Below are positions 1 through 8,932 of a DNA stretch of 24,947 bases, piece by piece. The translations under genes and the position numbers were made by a program. This DNA comes from an uncultured Thermococci archaeon. Lineage in GTDB: Archaea > Methanobacteriota_B > Thermococci > Thermococcales > Thermococcaceae. The notes under the pieces were generated by a model, which made no database searches, had not been told where the DNA came from, and worked only from the letters and a program-made list of their open reading frames with translations. The number at the start of each line of letters is the position of its first letter. The stretch's first letter is position 1. The stretch spans positions 1 to 24,947 of the forward strand of contig CAZAPD010000010.1 in the NCBI GenBank assembly GCA_964487115.1, in the 5' to 3' direction.

Positions 1-966
1 GAGGGCCGGGTAGATGAGCCCAGCGAACTCCCTGCTCCTTCCGATTACATTCTCCCAGAAGCGGCTCTGGCTCTCGTGGATTCCAAGGCTTACACCACTG
101 GCTATCGGGCTGAACATGAACCTCTCGTCCTGCTGGAGCTCGTAGAGTGCATGGCCAAACTCATGGACGGTGCTGAGGACGGCTCTCCTGAAGTCGTAGC
201 CCTCATACCGGGTGGTTATCCTGACGTCCCTTATCCCGAACTCAGTCGTGAATGGATGAGCTGAAACATCCAAGCGAGAGCGAACTCCCAGCGGAAAGCC
301 GAACTTCTCGAGTATCCAGCGGTTCACGCGCTCCATCTGGGCTCTGTCATAGCTTTCCTTCTCGAGGGGATGGCTCTGCGGAACTTTGCCCTCCTCCATG
401 ATCCTCCCAAGGAGCGGCTTGAGCTCCTTCTCCAGCTTATCGAACATCCTCTCGACGTCCCTGGTTGTGGTGCCCTCCTCGAAGAGGTCAAGTAAAGCGT
501 CGTAGGGCTCGTCCTCGTAGCCGAGGTATTCAGCGGCACGCTTGGCCAGATCGATTATCCTGTCGAGCCAGGGCTCGAACTTGGAGTAGTCGTCGCTCTT
601 CTTTGCTTCCTCCCAGGCCTTGGTTGCCTGGCTCGTGACCTCGCTCATTTCCCTGAGGAACTCGGGCGGGAAGGATTTGTTTATCCTTATGTTCCTGTCG
701 AGAACTCTCACCACTCCACGCTCGTATTCGTTGAGCTCAAGCCCCTTGGCCTTCTCGACCAGCTCGACAAACTCCGGCTTCAGCAGAAACTCTTGACTGA
801 GAACACTCAGCTCGCCCTGAGCGACGGAACGCTCGAGGATGCCCTCCCTCGGCATGTTGACCTCCATATCCCATCTGAGGACGCTCTGAGCGTGGCCTAT
901 TGCCCATATCCTCCTGTACCTGATTAAAATCTCGTTGATAATTTCATTCTGAAATGCCCCCTCCAT
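1..966 (-). CDS. Carboxypeptidase M32 (carboxypeptidase Taq/Pfu family), 3' end runs off the window
   Basis: Not in the ORF track because it is truncated. ATG at 966-964 with GGTGG RBS. Translation begins MEGAFQNEIINEILIRYRRIWAIGHAQSVLRWDMEVNMP and contains HPF, RITTRY, the HEFGH (HEXXH) metal motif and GIHESQSRFWEN, all M32 signatures. Confidence 0.95.
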   Translation of the reverse strand, partial: MEGAFQNEIINEILIRYRRIWAIGHAQSVLRWDMEVNMPREGILERSVAQGELSVLSQEFLLKPEFVELVEKAKGLELNEYERGVVRVLDRNIRINKSFPPEFLREMSEVTSQATKAWEEAKKSDDYSKFEPWLDRIIDLAKRAAEYLGYEDEPYDALLDLFEEGTTTRDVERMFDKLEKELKPLLGRIMEEGKVPQSHPLEKESYDRAQMERVNRWILEKFGFPLGVRSRLDVSAHPFTTEFGIRDVRITTRYEGYDFRRAVLSTVHEFGHALYELQQDERFMFSPIASGVSLGIHESQSRFWENVIGRSREFAGLIYPAL

Positions 967-1004
967 TCAAACCACCTCTTAAAGTTTAACAGGATTTCGG
1001 GAGT

Positions 1005-1080
1005 GAGCTTTTTAAATCTTTTCGATGAACATCTAAACGGGAGGGTAGAAATCGATTACTCAACCATAAATTGCTTAAAG
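1005..1080. promoter_or_regulatory. Divergent archaeal promoters (BRE+TATA) for the carboxypeptidase and the PfkB kinase
   Basis: Minus strand reads AAAAGATTTAAAAAG at about 1022-1008, roughly 40 nt above the ATG at 966. Plus strand has AAATTGCTTAAAG at about 1068-1080, above the ATG at 1116. Confidence 0.5.
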
Positions 1081-1115
1081 GAGAAGGCACAGTCTATGAA
1101 AAACCGGTGATGACA

Positions 1116-1949
1116 ATGAAACCCAATCTGGTTGTGTTAGGTCATGTCTCAATCGATCACATAATACTCCCCGAGAAGGAAGAGATGCTCCTACCTGGAG
1201 GAGCGGCGGCGGCTGTAGCTACTTCAGCAGCTTTATCAGGAGCTCATGTAGGTCTTGTAACCAGAATAGGTGCAGATTTTCCGAGAGAATGGCTTAAAAA
1301 GCTGGCCTCAGTTTTAGATGTTAGGGGAATTCAAATCCTGCCTGGCAGAACAATACACATATACATGATTTACCATGAAGACGGAACCGTAGATGCTCCT
1401 GTTGATATGGGAGTTGCTCAAAATATGGGGGAAACACCAATTCCCGAGGAGTACTTGGAAGCTGAAATCTTCCATATAGCCCCAATTCCACCAGAGGAAC
1501 AGAGAAAAGCCTTAAAAAGGCTAAAAGGGATGCGGATAAGTCTTGATTTCAATCCCACATACATGGAAGATTACCTCACAAAAACCAATTTGATGAGAAG
1601 AATTGTTTCGCATGTTGAACTGATTTTTCCCAACGAAAGAGAAGCTCTTGCGATAACTGGAACCACAGACATCAGAGATGCAGCACAGATTTTTAAAGAG
1701 TGGGGAGCTGAGATCATTATCATAACCCGTGGGGAGCGGGGAATCCTGGTGTATGACGGGTCATTTAAAGAATTTTCAGCACTCCCCATAGCTCGTGAGG
1801 AAATAGTCGATCCAACTGGAGCTGGAGATGCCTTCGCAGGCGGCTTTCTCGCGGGATATTCTCAAGGCAGAAAAGTGGATGTGTGCATACGGATGGGATT
1901 GGAACGGGCAAGAGAAGTGTTGAAAAAAATGGGGAGCTGGAGTATTTAA
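1116..1949 (+). CDS. PfkB/ribokinase-family kinase, possibly the Thermococcales cytidine kinase
   Basis: N-terminal G-x-x-x-x-D and PGGAAA motifs, NEREA, and the C-terminal PfkB signature DPTGAGDAFAGGF. Start moved from TTG 1071 to ATG 1116 (GGTGA RBS). Substrate is inferred only from recalled synteny with T. kodakarensis. Confidence 0.88.
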   Translation: MKPNLVVLGHVSIDHIILPEKEEMLLPGGAAAAVATSAALSGAHVGLVTRIGADFPREWLKKLASVLDVRGIQILPGRTIHIYMIYHEDGTVDAPVDMGVAQNMGETPIPEEYLEAEIFHIAPIPPEEQRKALKRLKGMRISLDFNPTYMEDYLTKTNLMRRIVSHVELIFPNEREALAITGTTDIRDAAQIFKEWGAEIIIITRGERGILVYDGSFKEFSALPIAREEIVDPTGAGDAFAGGFLAGYSQGRKVDVCIRMGLERAREVLKKMGSWSI

Positions 1950-2362
1950 TCCGCCACTAATTTGGAGAAGGCATAGAGTGACAAAAGGATCAAAGCTGCC
2001 AGAGCTGTAGCCTCAAAACCGGGTACTAAAGGAGCTATATTTTTCATCAGGATAAAAGTAGGTAGAGCCAAAAGAACAGCCAACAGAAGGATAGCATAGT
2101 GCTCCGGCGGAGCTTTTTCTCTATCTAAGTATGCAGATTCTACGAGGAGCAGTGCCAGTGTCATTATTCCGAGGCCATAGACGTCACCTATTTTGTTATA
2201 AATGAGGAAGAAAGCTGTCAATATTAGAAAGATAGAGCCCATAAAATATGAGAAAAATGAAAAGAATGCCATGGGTATCAAAAATATTAATCTTCTATCA
2301 ATGACAGAGAGAGACAGAATAATCACAAATGGAATCAGCGAAAACCGCACTCTAACCTTCAT
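1946..2362 (-). CDS. Small multi-pass membrane protein, last gene of the MoxR operon
   Basis: 138 aa, almost entirely hydrophobic. GGGGTGA RBS and ATGA overlap with the upstream DUF58 stop. Confidence 0.75.
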   Translation of the reverse strand: MKVRVRFSLIPFVIILSLSVIDRRLIFLIPMAFFSFFSYFMGSIFLILTAFFLIYNKIGDVYGLGIMTLALLLVESAYLDREKAPPEHYAILLLAVLLALPTFILMKNIAPLVPGFEATALAALILLSLYAFSKLVAD

Positions 2363-3597
2363 AGCTTGATCACCCCTGCTATCGCACTCTTCAGGGGTTT
2401 ATTAACATCCCAGTCAACAATCATGCCGTATGTAGAAAGTTTTTTGAGGTGTGCTTTCCTTTGCAGGCTTAAGAGTCTCAAAGCAAGCTTCTCCTCCCGT
2501 GTTTTCGGCTCAATCACGGAGTAAGGATTGGGACTTATTACAACAACATTATAGCCATAGCTGTAGAGTATCCTCAGGGCATCTTTGCTCTCAGGAGTTA
2601 CCAAAGGCGAAAAGTAGAGGATCTGGGCTCTGGCAGGAAAACGACTTCTGACGAGATGCTCAACCTGATATGCGATCATATTGTTCCTATCAGGCTTGGC
2701 GGTACTTAAAAGGTCTATGCACTTAAAGAAGTGTCTTTTTCCGTAATCTATCCTGATCCAAAGAGGAACCTCCTCAGCCAAGAGAAGTCCAAAACTTGTG
2801 CCGTTATTGAGACTGTCAAGCATCAAAGAGGCTACTGCCCGAACGAGATGATCAAAGACTTCCCTTCCGGCATATGTTGCATCTACGATGAGGATTACAT
2901 CTACCTTTCTTTCGCTTTCATACTCATTTGCCATTATCCTTCCAGTTCTGGCTGTAGCTTTCCAGTTTATAATCCTGAGCGGATCTCCGGGCTGATACTC
3001 TCTTATTGCATGAAATTCGACTCCCTCTCCGACCCTTGGTGATGGCAATGGACCGACGGTTATCTTCGTTCCTTTTGTTGAATATGGGGTTTGGACGTCC
3101 TCAATTCTGGGAACCCCTATAAGTTCACTATAGAGTTCTATAGTTTTTTCCCGCTCAAAAAAGCCGAATGGGTCTCTGTATCTGAGTTTCACAGAATTGA
3201 ACTCGTGTATTCCTCTCCTGACTTTCACCCGGTAGGAGAAAAACCTCTCCTCACCACGGTTAAATGATGCTACAAATGACGGCCTCCCTTCAACGACCTC
3301 AATTTCCTCGGGAAGGTCGTCATCGATCTTCATACTGGGTATTCTTTCGTTGGCTTTTATTCTGAGTTTTATTTCAACGATTTCCCCTTCAAGGACCCGA
3401 TCACGAGGCAAAAGTCGTTTAATCTCGACATCCAGTGCAGGCTTGAAGAATGCAACAGCAATGAAGAATAGCCATAACATCGGAAGGGAAAGATAGACCA
3501 TATCCCATCTGAGGAAGAAGAAAGCGAGCACTACAACTCCCCATAAGGCTATTAACAGGTGCACTGCCTTTCCTGTTGGGTGGAATTCCCTCTCCAT
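2359..3597 (-). CDS. DUF58 domain protein with N-terminal TM helices (MoxR-associated, VWA-like C-terminus)
   Basis: DUF58 signature EFHAIREYQPGDPLRIINWKATAR, two N-terminal hydrophobic segments, VWA-like strand VILIVDAT. Alternative starts at 3603 or 3606. Confidence 0.88.
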   Translation of the reverse strand: MEREFHPTGKAVHLLIALWGVVVLAFFFLRWDMVYLSLPMLWLFFIAVAFFKPALDVEIKRLLPRDRVLEGEIVEIKLRIKANERIPSMKIDDDLPEEIEVVEGRPSFVASFNRGEERFFSYRVKVRRGIHEFNSVKLRYRDPFGFFEREKTIELYSELIGVPRIEDVQTPYSTKGTKITVGPLPSPRVGEGVEFHAIREYQPGDPLRIINWKATARTGRIMANEYESERKVDVILIVDATYAGREVFDHLVRAVASLMLDSLNNGTSFGLLLAEEVPLWIRIDYGKRHFFKCIDLLSTAKPDRNNMIAYQVEHLVRSRFPARAQILYFSPLVTPESKDALRILYSYGYNVVVISPNPYSVIEPKTREEKLALRLLSLQRKAHLKKLSTYGMIVDWDVNKPLKSAIAGVIKL

Positions 3598-3602
3598 ACC
3601 CA

Positions 3603-4556
3603 TCACTCAAACTTTGGGACTGGAACCTTCTCAAGCAATCTCTGCATAACATTCTCTTGACTAACCTTTGTATACCAGAGCTCCCTTTTTAGGATCAGTC
3701 TGTGGCTCAGAGCTGGAATTGCTACCGCTTTTACATCATCAGGAATAACATAATCTCTACCTTCCAGAGCTGCATATGCTCTTGACAGCTTGAGCAGGGC
3801 AAGACTTCCTCTTGGAGATGCTCCTACATCTATTTCCCTTTTGTTTTCCCTCGTTGCCGTAACCACGTCAGTTATGTATTCAAGAACTGCATCGCTCACG
3901 TAGACATCCTCAATCGCTCTCTGCATCTCAACAACCCGTTCTGACGTTGTAATACGGTTTATATCAACCTCCTCTTTCTTCCTCTCAATTCGTCTCTTTA
4001 GGATTTCAACTTCCTCATTCTTAGTGGGATAACCCACTCTAAGCCTTACTAAAAATCTATCAAGCTGAGCCTCTGGGAGTGGATATGTACCCTCCTGCTC
4101 TATCGGATTCTGTGTGGCTATAACAATGAAAGGCCTCTCCAGAAGGTAGGTTTTGCCTTCTATCGTGACCTGTCTCTCCTGCATAGCCTCAAGTAAAGCG
4201 GATTGTGTCTTGGGTGGAGCACGGTTGATCTCATCCGCAAGTAAGATATTGGTGAAGATTGGACCTTTTTTAAACTCAAATTCGAGGGTTTTCTGATTGA
4301 AAACGCTAACACCGAGAATATCGGATGGCAGCAGATCAGGCGTAAACTGAACCCTCTTAAACCTAACGCCAAGTGCTGAAGCAAAACTCTTTGCCATCAA
4401 AGTCTTCGCAAGTCCCGGAAGATCTTCGATAAGAATGTGGCCATCGGCCAGTATTGTCGTCAGTAGAAGCTTGAGAACCTCTCTTTTTCCAACTATCGCC
4501 TTTTCAACTTCCCCCAATATCCGATTCCCTATTTCATGCACTTTCTCAATCTTCAT
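3603..4556 (-). CDS. moxR: MoxR-family AAA+ ATPase
   Basis: Walker A variant DLPGLAKT, RVQFTPDLLPSDILG, Walker B LLADEINRAPPKTQSALLEAMQE, ATQNPIE, YPLPEAQLDRF, GASPRG. Confidence 0.95.
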   Translation of the reverse strand: MKIEKVHEIGNRILGEVEKAIVGKREVLKLLLTTILADGHILIEDLPGLAKTLMAKSFASALGVRFKRVQFTPDLLPSDILGVSVFNQKTLEFEFKKGPIFTNILLADEINRAPPKTQSALLEAMQERQVTIEGKTYLLERPFIVIATQNPIEQEGTYPLPEAQLDRFLVRLRVGYPTKNEEVEILKRRIERKKEEVDINRITTSERVVEMQRAIEDVYVSDAVLEYITDVVTATRENKREIDVGASPRGSLALLKLSRAYAALEGRDYVIPDDVKAVAIPALSHRLILKRELWYTKVSQENVMQRLLEKVPVPKFE

Positions 4557-4968
4557 TCAAATCAGCCTCCAGAATTTCTAACGCCTTTTCAAGGTTATCC
4601 AAAAAATCTCCATCCGAATGCAGAATTCTGAGAGCTGTATTGGGTTCCGATTTAAGCTCCGCAATTTCACGGTTGTAATCATCAGCCAGCACTGCATATG
4701 AATCAAGTATTTTTTCCTCGATTAGAGCTCTAGCAACTGCTCCTGAACGAGCCTTTGAAATAAGCATTACAGTCCTTTCAAATTCAGATTTCCGCTCTCT
4801 TGGGGTGAATCCAGTCCTCGGCAAATATCGAAGCTTGATTTCAAATCCAAAAAGCACTATACTCAGAATTAGAGCTGTCAACACAACCGCTATCCATCTA
4901 AGGATGTACGAACCGGCAAACATGGCTATCAGAACGAAGGGCATGGCTCCCAAAGCTGCTTTATTCAT
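4546..4968 (-). CDS. Hypothetical membrane protein of the MoxR operon
   Basis: Two N-terminal TM segments then a soluble helical region. AGGTGA RBS before ATG 4968, and overlaps with both neighbours. Confidence 0.72.
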   Translation of the reverse strand: MNKAALGAMPFVLIAMFAGSYILRWIAVVLTALILSIVLFGFEIKLRYLPRTGFTPRERKSEFERTVMLISKARSGAVARALIEEKILDSYAVLADDYNREIAELKSEPNTALRILHSDGDFLDNLEKALEILEADLNED

Positions 4969-5809
4969 GTTCATCACCTTTTATTTTTAAATAAAGTTCA
5001 TATGCTTTATATGCATCTTCCTTTGTGACCTTTTCGGGAGCATATTTTGCCTTTTCAAAGAGTTTCGTGAGCTCAACAAATGCATCATGCCTGTATTTAA
5101 CCCTCTCTGCATGTTCCCAGTGAGTCCAGCTCTTTTTATAAGGAATGCCAAGTATTTCAAGCCAGATTATGGCATTTTTATACAACTTTACCACAACCTC
5201 ATCTGGATCACCGAGAAAATCTATACCCTCCGCCCTAAGTCTGGCATCAATGACTTTCATTTTTTCCTTTAATCTCTTTATTCTCCTTTTTGCAAGCATG
5301 TCCCTATAAAACATGAAAGCCATGTATAACGCTACTGCTGCAAGAATAGCAAAAAGCACATACAGATAAAAAGCCGGATTTTCAGAGATGAAGTTTCCTG
5401 TAGGATGTCCAAAAGATCTACTGTAATATGAAACATGGTATGTACCGTTTATTGAAGTTTTGTTTACTGTAGTGTTATTTTCCAGGGGAGGTATGGGTTT
5501 TGTATAAACGTAATATAGTAGAGGAGAGAATACCAGAACAATGGCGACTATTGAATACACAACCCATTTAAGGACGGAATAATTGTAGGTACTGAGCCGT
5601 TTGTTCGTGACAAAATCACTCTGTCCAATGAGAATGATAAGAATAAATATGGCAGCGGATATTACAAAGATACCAAAAAATGCTCCTACGATGTAGTAAT
5701 TTTTGCTCCCCCTATGAATTTCTGAGATCGAAGCATTATAGTTTAACATCAAAGTCATTAATGCAAAGAGTATGAGGAATAAGAGCAAAGTCCTAGCCTT
5801 CGGGTTCAT
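4961..5809 (-). CDS. Membrane protein with C-terminal DUF4129 domain
   Basis: About 4 TM segments and an Asn/Thr-rich loop with NxS/T sequons. C-terminal SWTHWEH...LTKLFEKAKYAP matches the DUF4129 pattern (T-x-x-E ... LT-x-LFE-x-A-x-Y). Confidence 0.8.
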   Translation of the reverse strand: MNPKARTLLLFLILFALMTLMLNYNASISEIHRGSKNYYIVGAFFGIFVISAAIFILIILIGQSDFVTNKRLSTYNYSVLKWVVYSIVAIVLVFSPLLYYVYTKPIPPLENNTTVNKTSINGTYHVSYYSRSFGHPTGNFISENPAFYLYVLFAILAAVALYMAFMFYRDMLAKRRIKRLKEKMKVIDARLRAEGIDFLGDPDEVVVKLYKNAIIWLEILGIPYKKSWTHWEHAERVKYRHDAFVELTKLFEKAKYAPEKVTKEDAYKAYELYLKIKGDEHE

Positions 5810-5834
5810 TTCAATCCAGTGGGATTTTGGGGAT

Positions 5835-5856
5835 TATATTTAAAAGCTTTTACATA
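5835..5856. promoter_or_regulatory. Compact bidirectional promoter containing a perfect 12-bp palindrome TAAAAGCTTTTA (5841-5852)
   Basis: Only 69 bp separate the divergent starts at 5809 and 5879. TATTTAAAA/TTTTAAATA reads as a TATA box on both strands. Confidence 0.5.
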
Positions 5857-5878
5857 CCATAAAAGCGGGGGTGAGAAG

Positions 5879-6373
5879 ATGGAAAAAATTCCAGAATTAT
5901 ATGTTGAAACATGTCCCGCCGAGCTGATTGAGAACGGGAATGTCAAAGAGAAGTGCATAATCATTCAAGAAAATATTGAGATAACACTTGGTAGAGGTGA
6001 GAAAATTCCGGACTTCATAGACCCAAAAAAATCAAAATTCCTGAAAAAAGAGGTTTACGACAGATTTTATCTTTATGTTGACAGATATTCCCAAAAAATG
6101 CTATGTGATGCTGTAGTCGTACTTCCAGACAGGAGGACCAGAATAAAACTTCAAAAAGGGGATAAATTGATATTATTACCGGTTGAGGGCTTTGTCAAAA
6201 CTCTGATAGCTGATGTTGGCAACCGAGTCAGAAAGGGAGATGCTTTCGCTGCAATAACAACCAGAAAAGGTGAAGTACATTATTTAAAACCTCCAAAAAA
6301 TGGGACTGTCATTTATATAGATGAATTTACAAACAAGCCCCACTACATATACTACCTGCTCCCCGAGGAATAA
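5879..6373 (+). CDS. DUF2118-family protein (biotinyl/lipoyl-like hybrid motif in the C-terminal half)
   Basis: ATG 5879 with GGGGTGA RBS. PVEG...VGNRVRKGDAFAAITTRKGEVHYLKPPKNGTV resembles a barrel-sandwich hybrid domain. Confidence 0.75.
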   Translation: MEKIPELYVETCPAELIENGNVKEKCIIIQENIEITLGRGEKIPDFIDPKKSKFLKKEVYDRFYLYVDRYSQKMLCDAVVVLPDRRTRIKLQKGDKLILLPVEGFVKTLIADVGNRVRKGDAFAAITTRKGEVHYLKPPKNGTVIYIDEFTNKPHYIYYLLPEE

Positions 6374-6472
6374 ATGGGATATACATGGCTATCAGATTTT
6401 CCCCATAAATGTGTATCATTGACCAAAAACATTATAAACACCCGTGATAACGGAGTTCGCAGGTGAATTATT

Positions 6473-6964
6473 ATGAAAATTGAGAAAGGAGACTTTGTGA
6501 TCTTCAACTACATTGGAAGATTCGAAAACGGAGAAGTTTTTGACACAAGTTATGAGGATATAGCAAAGGAAAACGATATATATGTTGAGGAGAGGCAATA
6601 CGGCCCTCTTGGAGTTAATGTTGGAGTTGGCGAGCTTATTCAGGGACTAGACGAAGCATTCATAGGCATGGAAAAGGGGGAAAAGAAGACAATAACAATC
6701 CCTCCAGAGAAGGGCTATGGACTGCCAAATGAGGATCTTATTGTGGATGTACCTCTGTCAGAATTTACAAATATTGGAGTAGAGCCTGTCAAGGATATGT
6801 ACGTAATGACGGATAGTGGGGTGGCTAAAATATCTGAGATTAAAGAGAACAGTGTTTCTCTGGACTTCAATCATCCGCTCGCAGGTAAAACACTTATATT
6901 TGAAATTGAAATTGTGGATGTCCAAAAAGCAAAAGAGGAAGCTTCAGAAACTCAAGTTTATTAA
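6473..6964 (+). CDS. FKBP-type peptidyl-prolyl cis-trans isomerase (short archaeal SlyD-like type with insert-in-flap domain)
   Basis: YIGRFENGEVFDTS, GELIQGLDEA, PPEKGYG, LDFNHPLAGKTLIF. AGGTGA RBS and upstream AAAAACATTATAAA promoter. Confidence 0.95.
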   Translation: MKIEKGDFVIFNYIGRFENGEVFDTSYEDIAKENDIYVEERQYGPLGVNVGVGELIQGLDEAFIGMEKGEKKTITIPPEKGYGLPNEDLIVDVPLSEFTNIGVEPVKDMYVMTDSGVAKISEIKENSVSLDFNHPLAGKTLIFEIEIVDVQKAKEEASETQVY

Positions 6965-7846
6965 AGTCGCGCCTTTGAATATCAAAAGTCCCATCGAGGC
7001 TAATAAGGCACTGTACTTCAGACCTGCAGAAAATTTTCCTTCTCTTATAACCCCTATACCAACCCCCGAGACTATTGCCTGAGCAATAATAAACAGCATT
7101 ATTAACAGTTTTATTGATTCCACAGGGAGGTTCACACCAACAGCACTTCCACTTATATTTTCCATAACCTTAACAACAACACCAAGTATTATCGGGCCAA
7201 TAAACCCACTGGAAATTATAAAGAACATGGTTTGCATTCCAGTTGATGCTTTTCTTTCCTGCTTTATTTTAAGGATCTCACGCACATCGTTACCAACAGA
7301 AATTAGAACGTCTGACATTGGAGCACCCCGGTCTAAAGCTTCAATCAGTATCTTAATTGATCTGTAGAGAACAGCAGACTTTTCGTTTCTAATGGCAAAG
7401 GCATTAAGAGCATCAATAGTGGGTCTGCCTTTCTTAATTTCTGCAACAACTCTCTGGAACTCCTCTGTGAGTGGTCCAAACTTTGAAGTTGTGAGTTCTT
7501 CAAGTGCTTCCGAGAAGGATATGCCTGCCCGTAATGAACTTGCCAGATAAAAAAATGCATCAGGTAGCATCCTTTCCATTTCACTGATGCGTTTTGTTAT
7601 TCTCCAGTAGGGATATAAAATTGCCATTCCAAGAAATACCACAGCAAAAGTTGCAATGCCATACAGAGAGTTAAAAAACGAAACTGTAGTTCCAGCGATA
7701 ATTCCAAGTAATAGCGAGATAATCAAATATTCAACTGCCAAAAACTCTATTCCCGCTGAGTATATAAAAAGCTCGTATCTCCTAAGGTATTTTGAAGGAA
7801 TGATCCTGTTGATGAGTTTAATCATAGCTGATGAAATACTCGGCAT
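6944..7846 (-). CDS. Type II/IV secretion system F-family platform protein (TadC-like)
   Basis: GspF-domain pattern LPDAFFYLASSLRAGISFSEAL...FGPLTEEF...G with TM helices on both sides. ATG 7846 with GGTGGT RBS (track start 7858 is TTG). 3' end overlaps the PPIase gene by 21 nt. Confidence 0.9.
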   Translation of the reverse strand: MPSISSAMIKLINRIIPSKYLRRYELFIYSAGIEFLAVEYLIISLLLGIIAGTTVSFFNSLYGIATFAVVFLGMAILYPYWRITKRISEMERMLPDAFFYLASSLRAGISFSEALEELTTSKFGPLTEEFQRVVAEIKKGRPTIDALNAFAIRNEKSAVLYRSIKILIEALDRGAPMSDVLISVGNDVREILKIKQERKASTGMQTMFFIISSGFIGPIILGVVVKVMENISGSAVGVNLPVESIKLLIMLFIIAQAIVSGVGIGVIREGKFSAGLKYSALLASMGLLIFKGATLINLSF

Positions 7847-7858
7847 TTTAACCACCAA

Positions 7859-8920
7859 TCATCTGGGTTCGCCACGTTTTATCATTACTATCATTATCAG
7901 AGATAAAGCAGGAAAGGCAAAGAGCAGTATAATCGCAAGACTTTCAACAGGCATTATCAGAGTTTTGGCCATGATTGATCCAGCTAAAATACCCACAACA
8001 AACATTGTGGGCATGACTATAGTGAGGAACATATAAACAAACGAAATACCATTTATCTTCTGAACGTATTCAACGAGCTTCATTCTGTACTCAAACGCAA
8101 AATCCTCAGCAAGCTTATAAAGTATATCAGCCAGATTTCCACCAAACTTTATTGCCCTAAGTATTTGTTTTACTGTTCTGCTAACGCTTTCAGAGTTCAT
8201 TTTCTCCTCAAACTTAGTGAGAGCATCTTCAAGGGAAGCACCAGTACGCATGTCTCTAATCATTAAATCGAACTCCTCTGAGATTACTCCATAGTTAGCA
8301 CTTGCCACAGAAACCATAGCCTCTGTTATACCGACTCCAGCGCTTAATAAAGATGCCATATGCCTTAAAGCATAAGGAAGAGCTTTTTCTACTTCTGCCA
8401 CTCTGTTTTTCCACACCAATTTTGGATACGCTCGCATATATAAAAACCCAAAGATCATACCAAGAAGACCAAATAGGAAAGAGACGTCATATGAAAAGTA
8501 TGCCAATACACCAACTGCAAAAGCAAAGATAAACAGAAATACCGATACTACCAAAGTTAATGCGACATAAGTGTCCTTACTCATTTTTATGTTCGCTCTA
8601 TATAGATCATATTCAAGACCTTTAAATGAATTTGAAAGTGCTCTAATCGGTCCTCTGAAATGCTTTAACATTCCTTCTGCAAGTCTCTCAAAAAAAGGCT
8701 TTTGAAGTTCTTGTTTTCTCCATTCTATAATCTCTGCTATCTCTTTTTCTGTTTCTTCAGCTTTTTCTTTCTCAACTTCCATTTGTATCTGTTTGAGGGC
8801 TTTCAGACGATCTTGAATTGAGCGACCCGAAGGAATACGGGACAGTGGTCTCTCAGCTATCTCAACGGTTTTTCCCCCCAGTCTTTCAAGGAAGTTTAAG
8901 AAAGCTTCAACAGCTCCCAT
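7859..8920 (-). CDS. Type II/IV secretion system F-family platform protein (TadB/TadC-like)
   Basis: LPYALRHMASLLSAGVGITEAM...YGVISEEF...G.SLEDAL...GGNLADIL. AGGTGA RBS, directly downstream of the ATPase. Confidence 0.9.
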   Translation of the reverse strand: MGAVEAFLNFLERLGGKTVEIAERPLSRIPSGRSIQDRLKALKQIQMEVEKEKAEETEKEIAEIIEWRKQELQKPFFERLAEGMLKHFRGPIRALSNSFKGLEYDLYRANIKMSKDTYVALTLVVSVFLFIFAFAVGVLAYFSYDVSFLFGLLGMIFGFLYMRAYPKLVWKNRVAEVEKALPYALRHMASLLSAGVGITEAMVSVASANYGVISEEFDLMIRDMRTGASLEDALTKFEEKMNSESVSRTVKQILRAIKFGGNLADILYKLAEDFAFEYRMKLVEYVQKINGISFVYMFLTIVMPTMFVVGILAGSIMAKTLIMPVESLAIILLFAFPALSLIMIVMIKRGEPR

Positions 8921-8932
8921 TGCATATCACCT

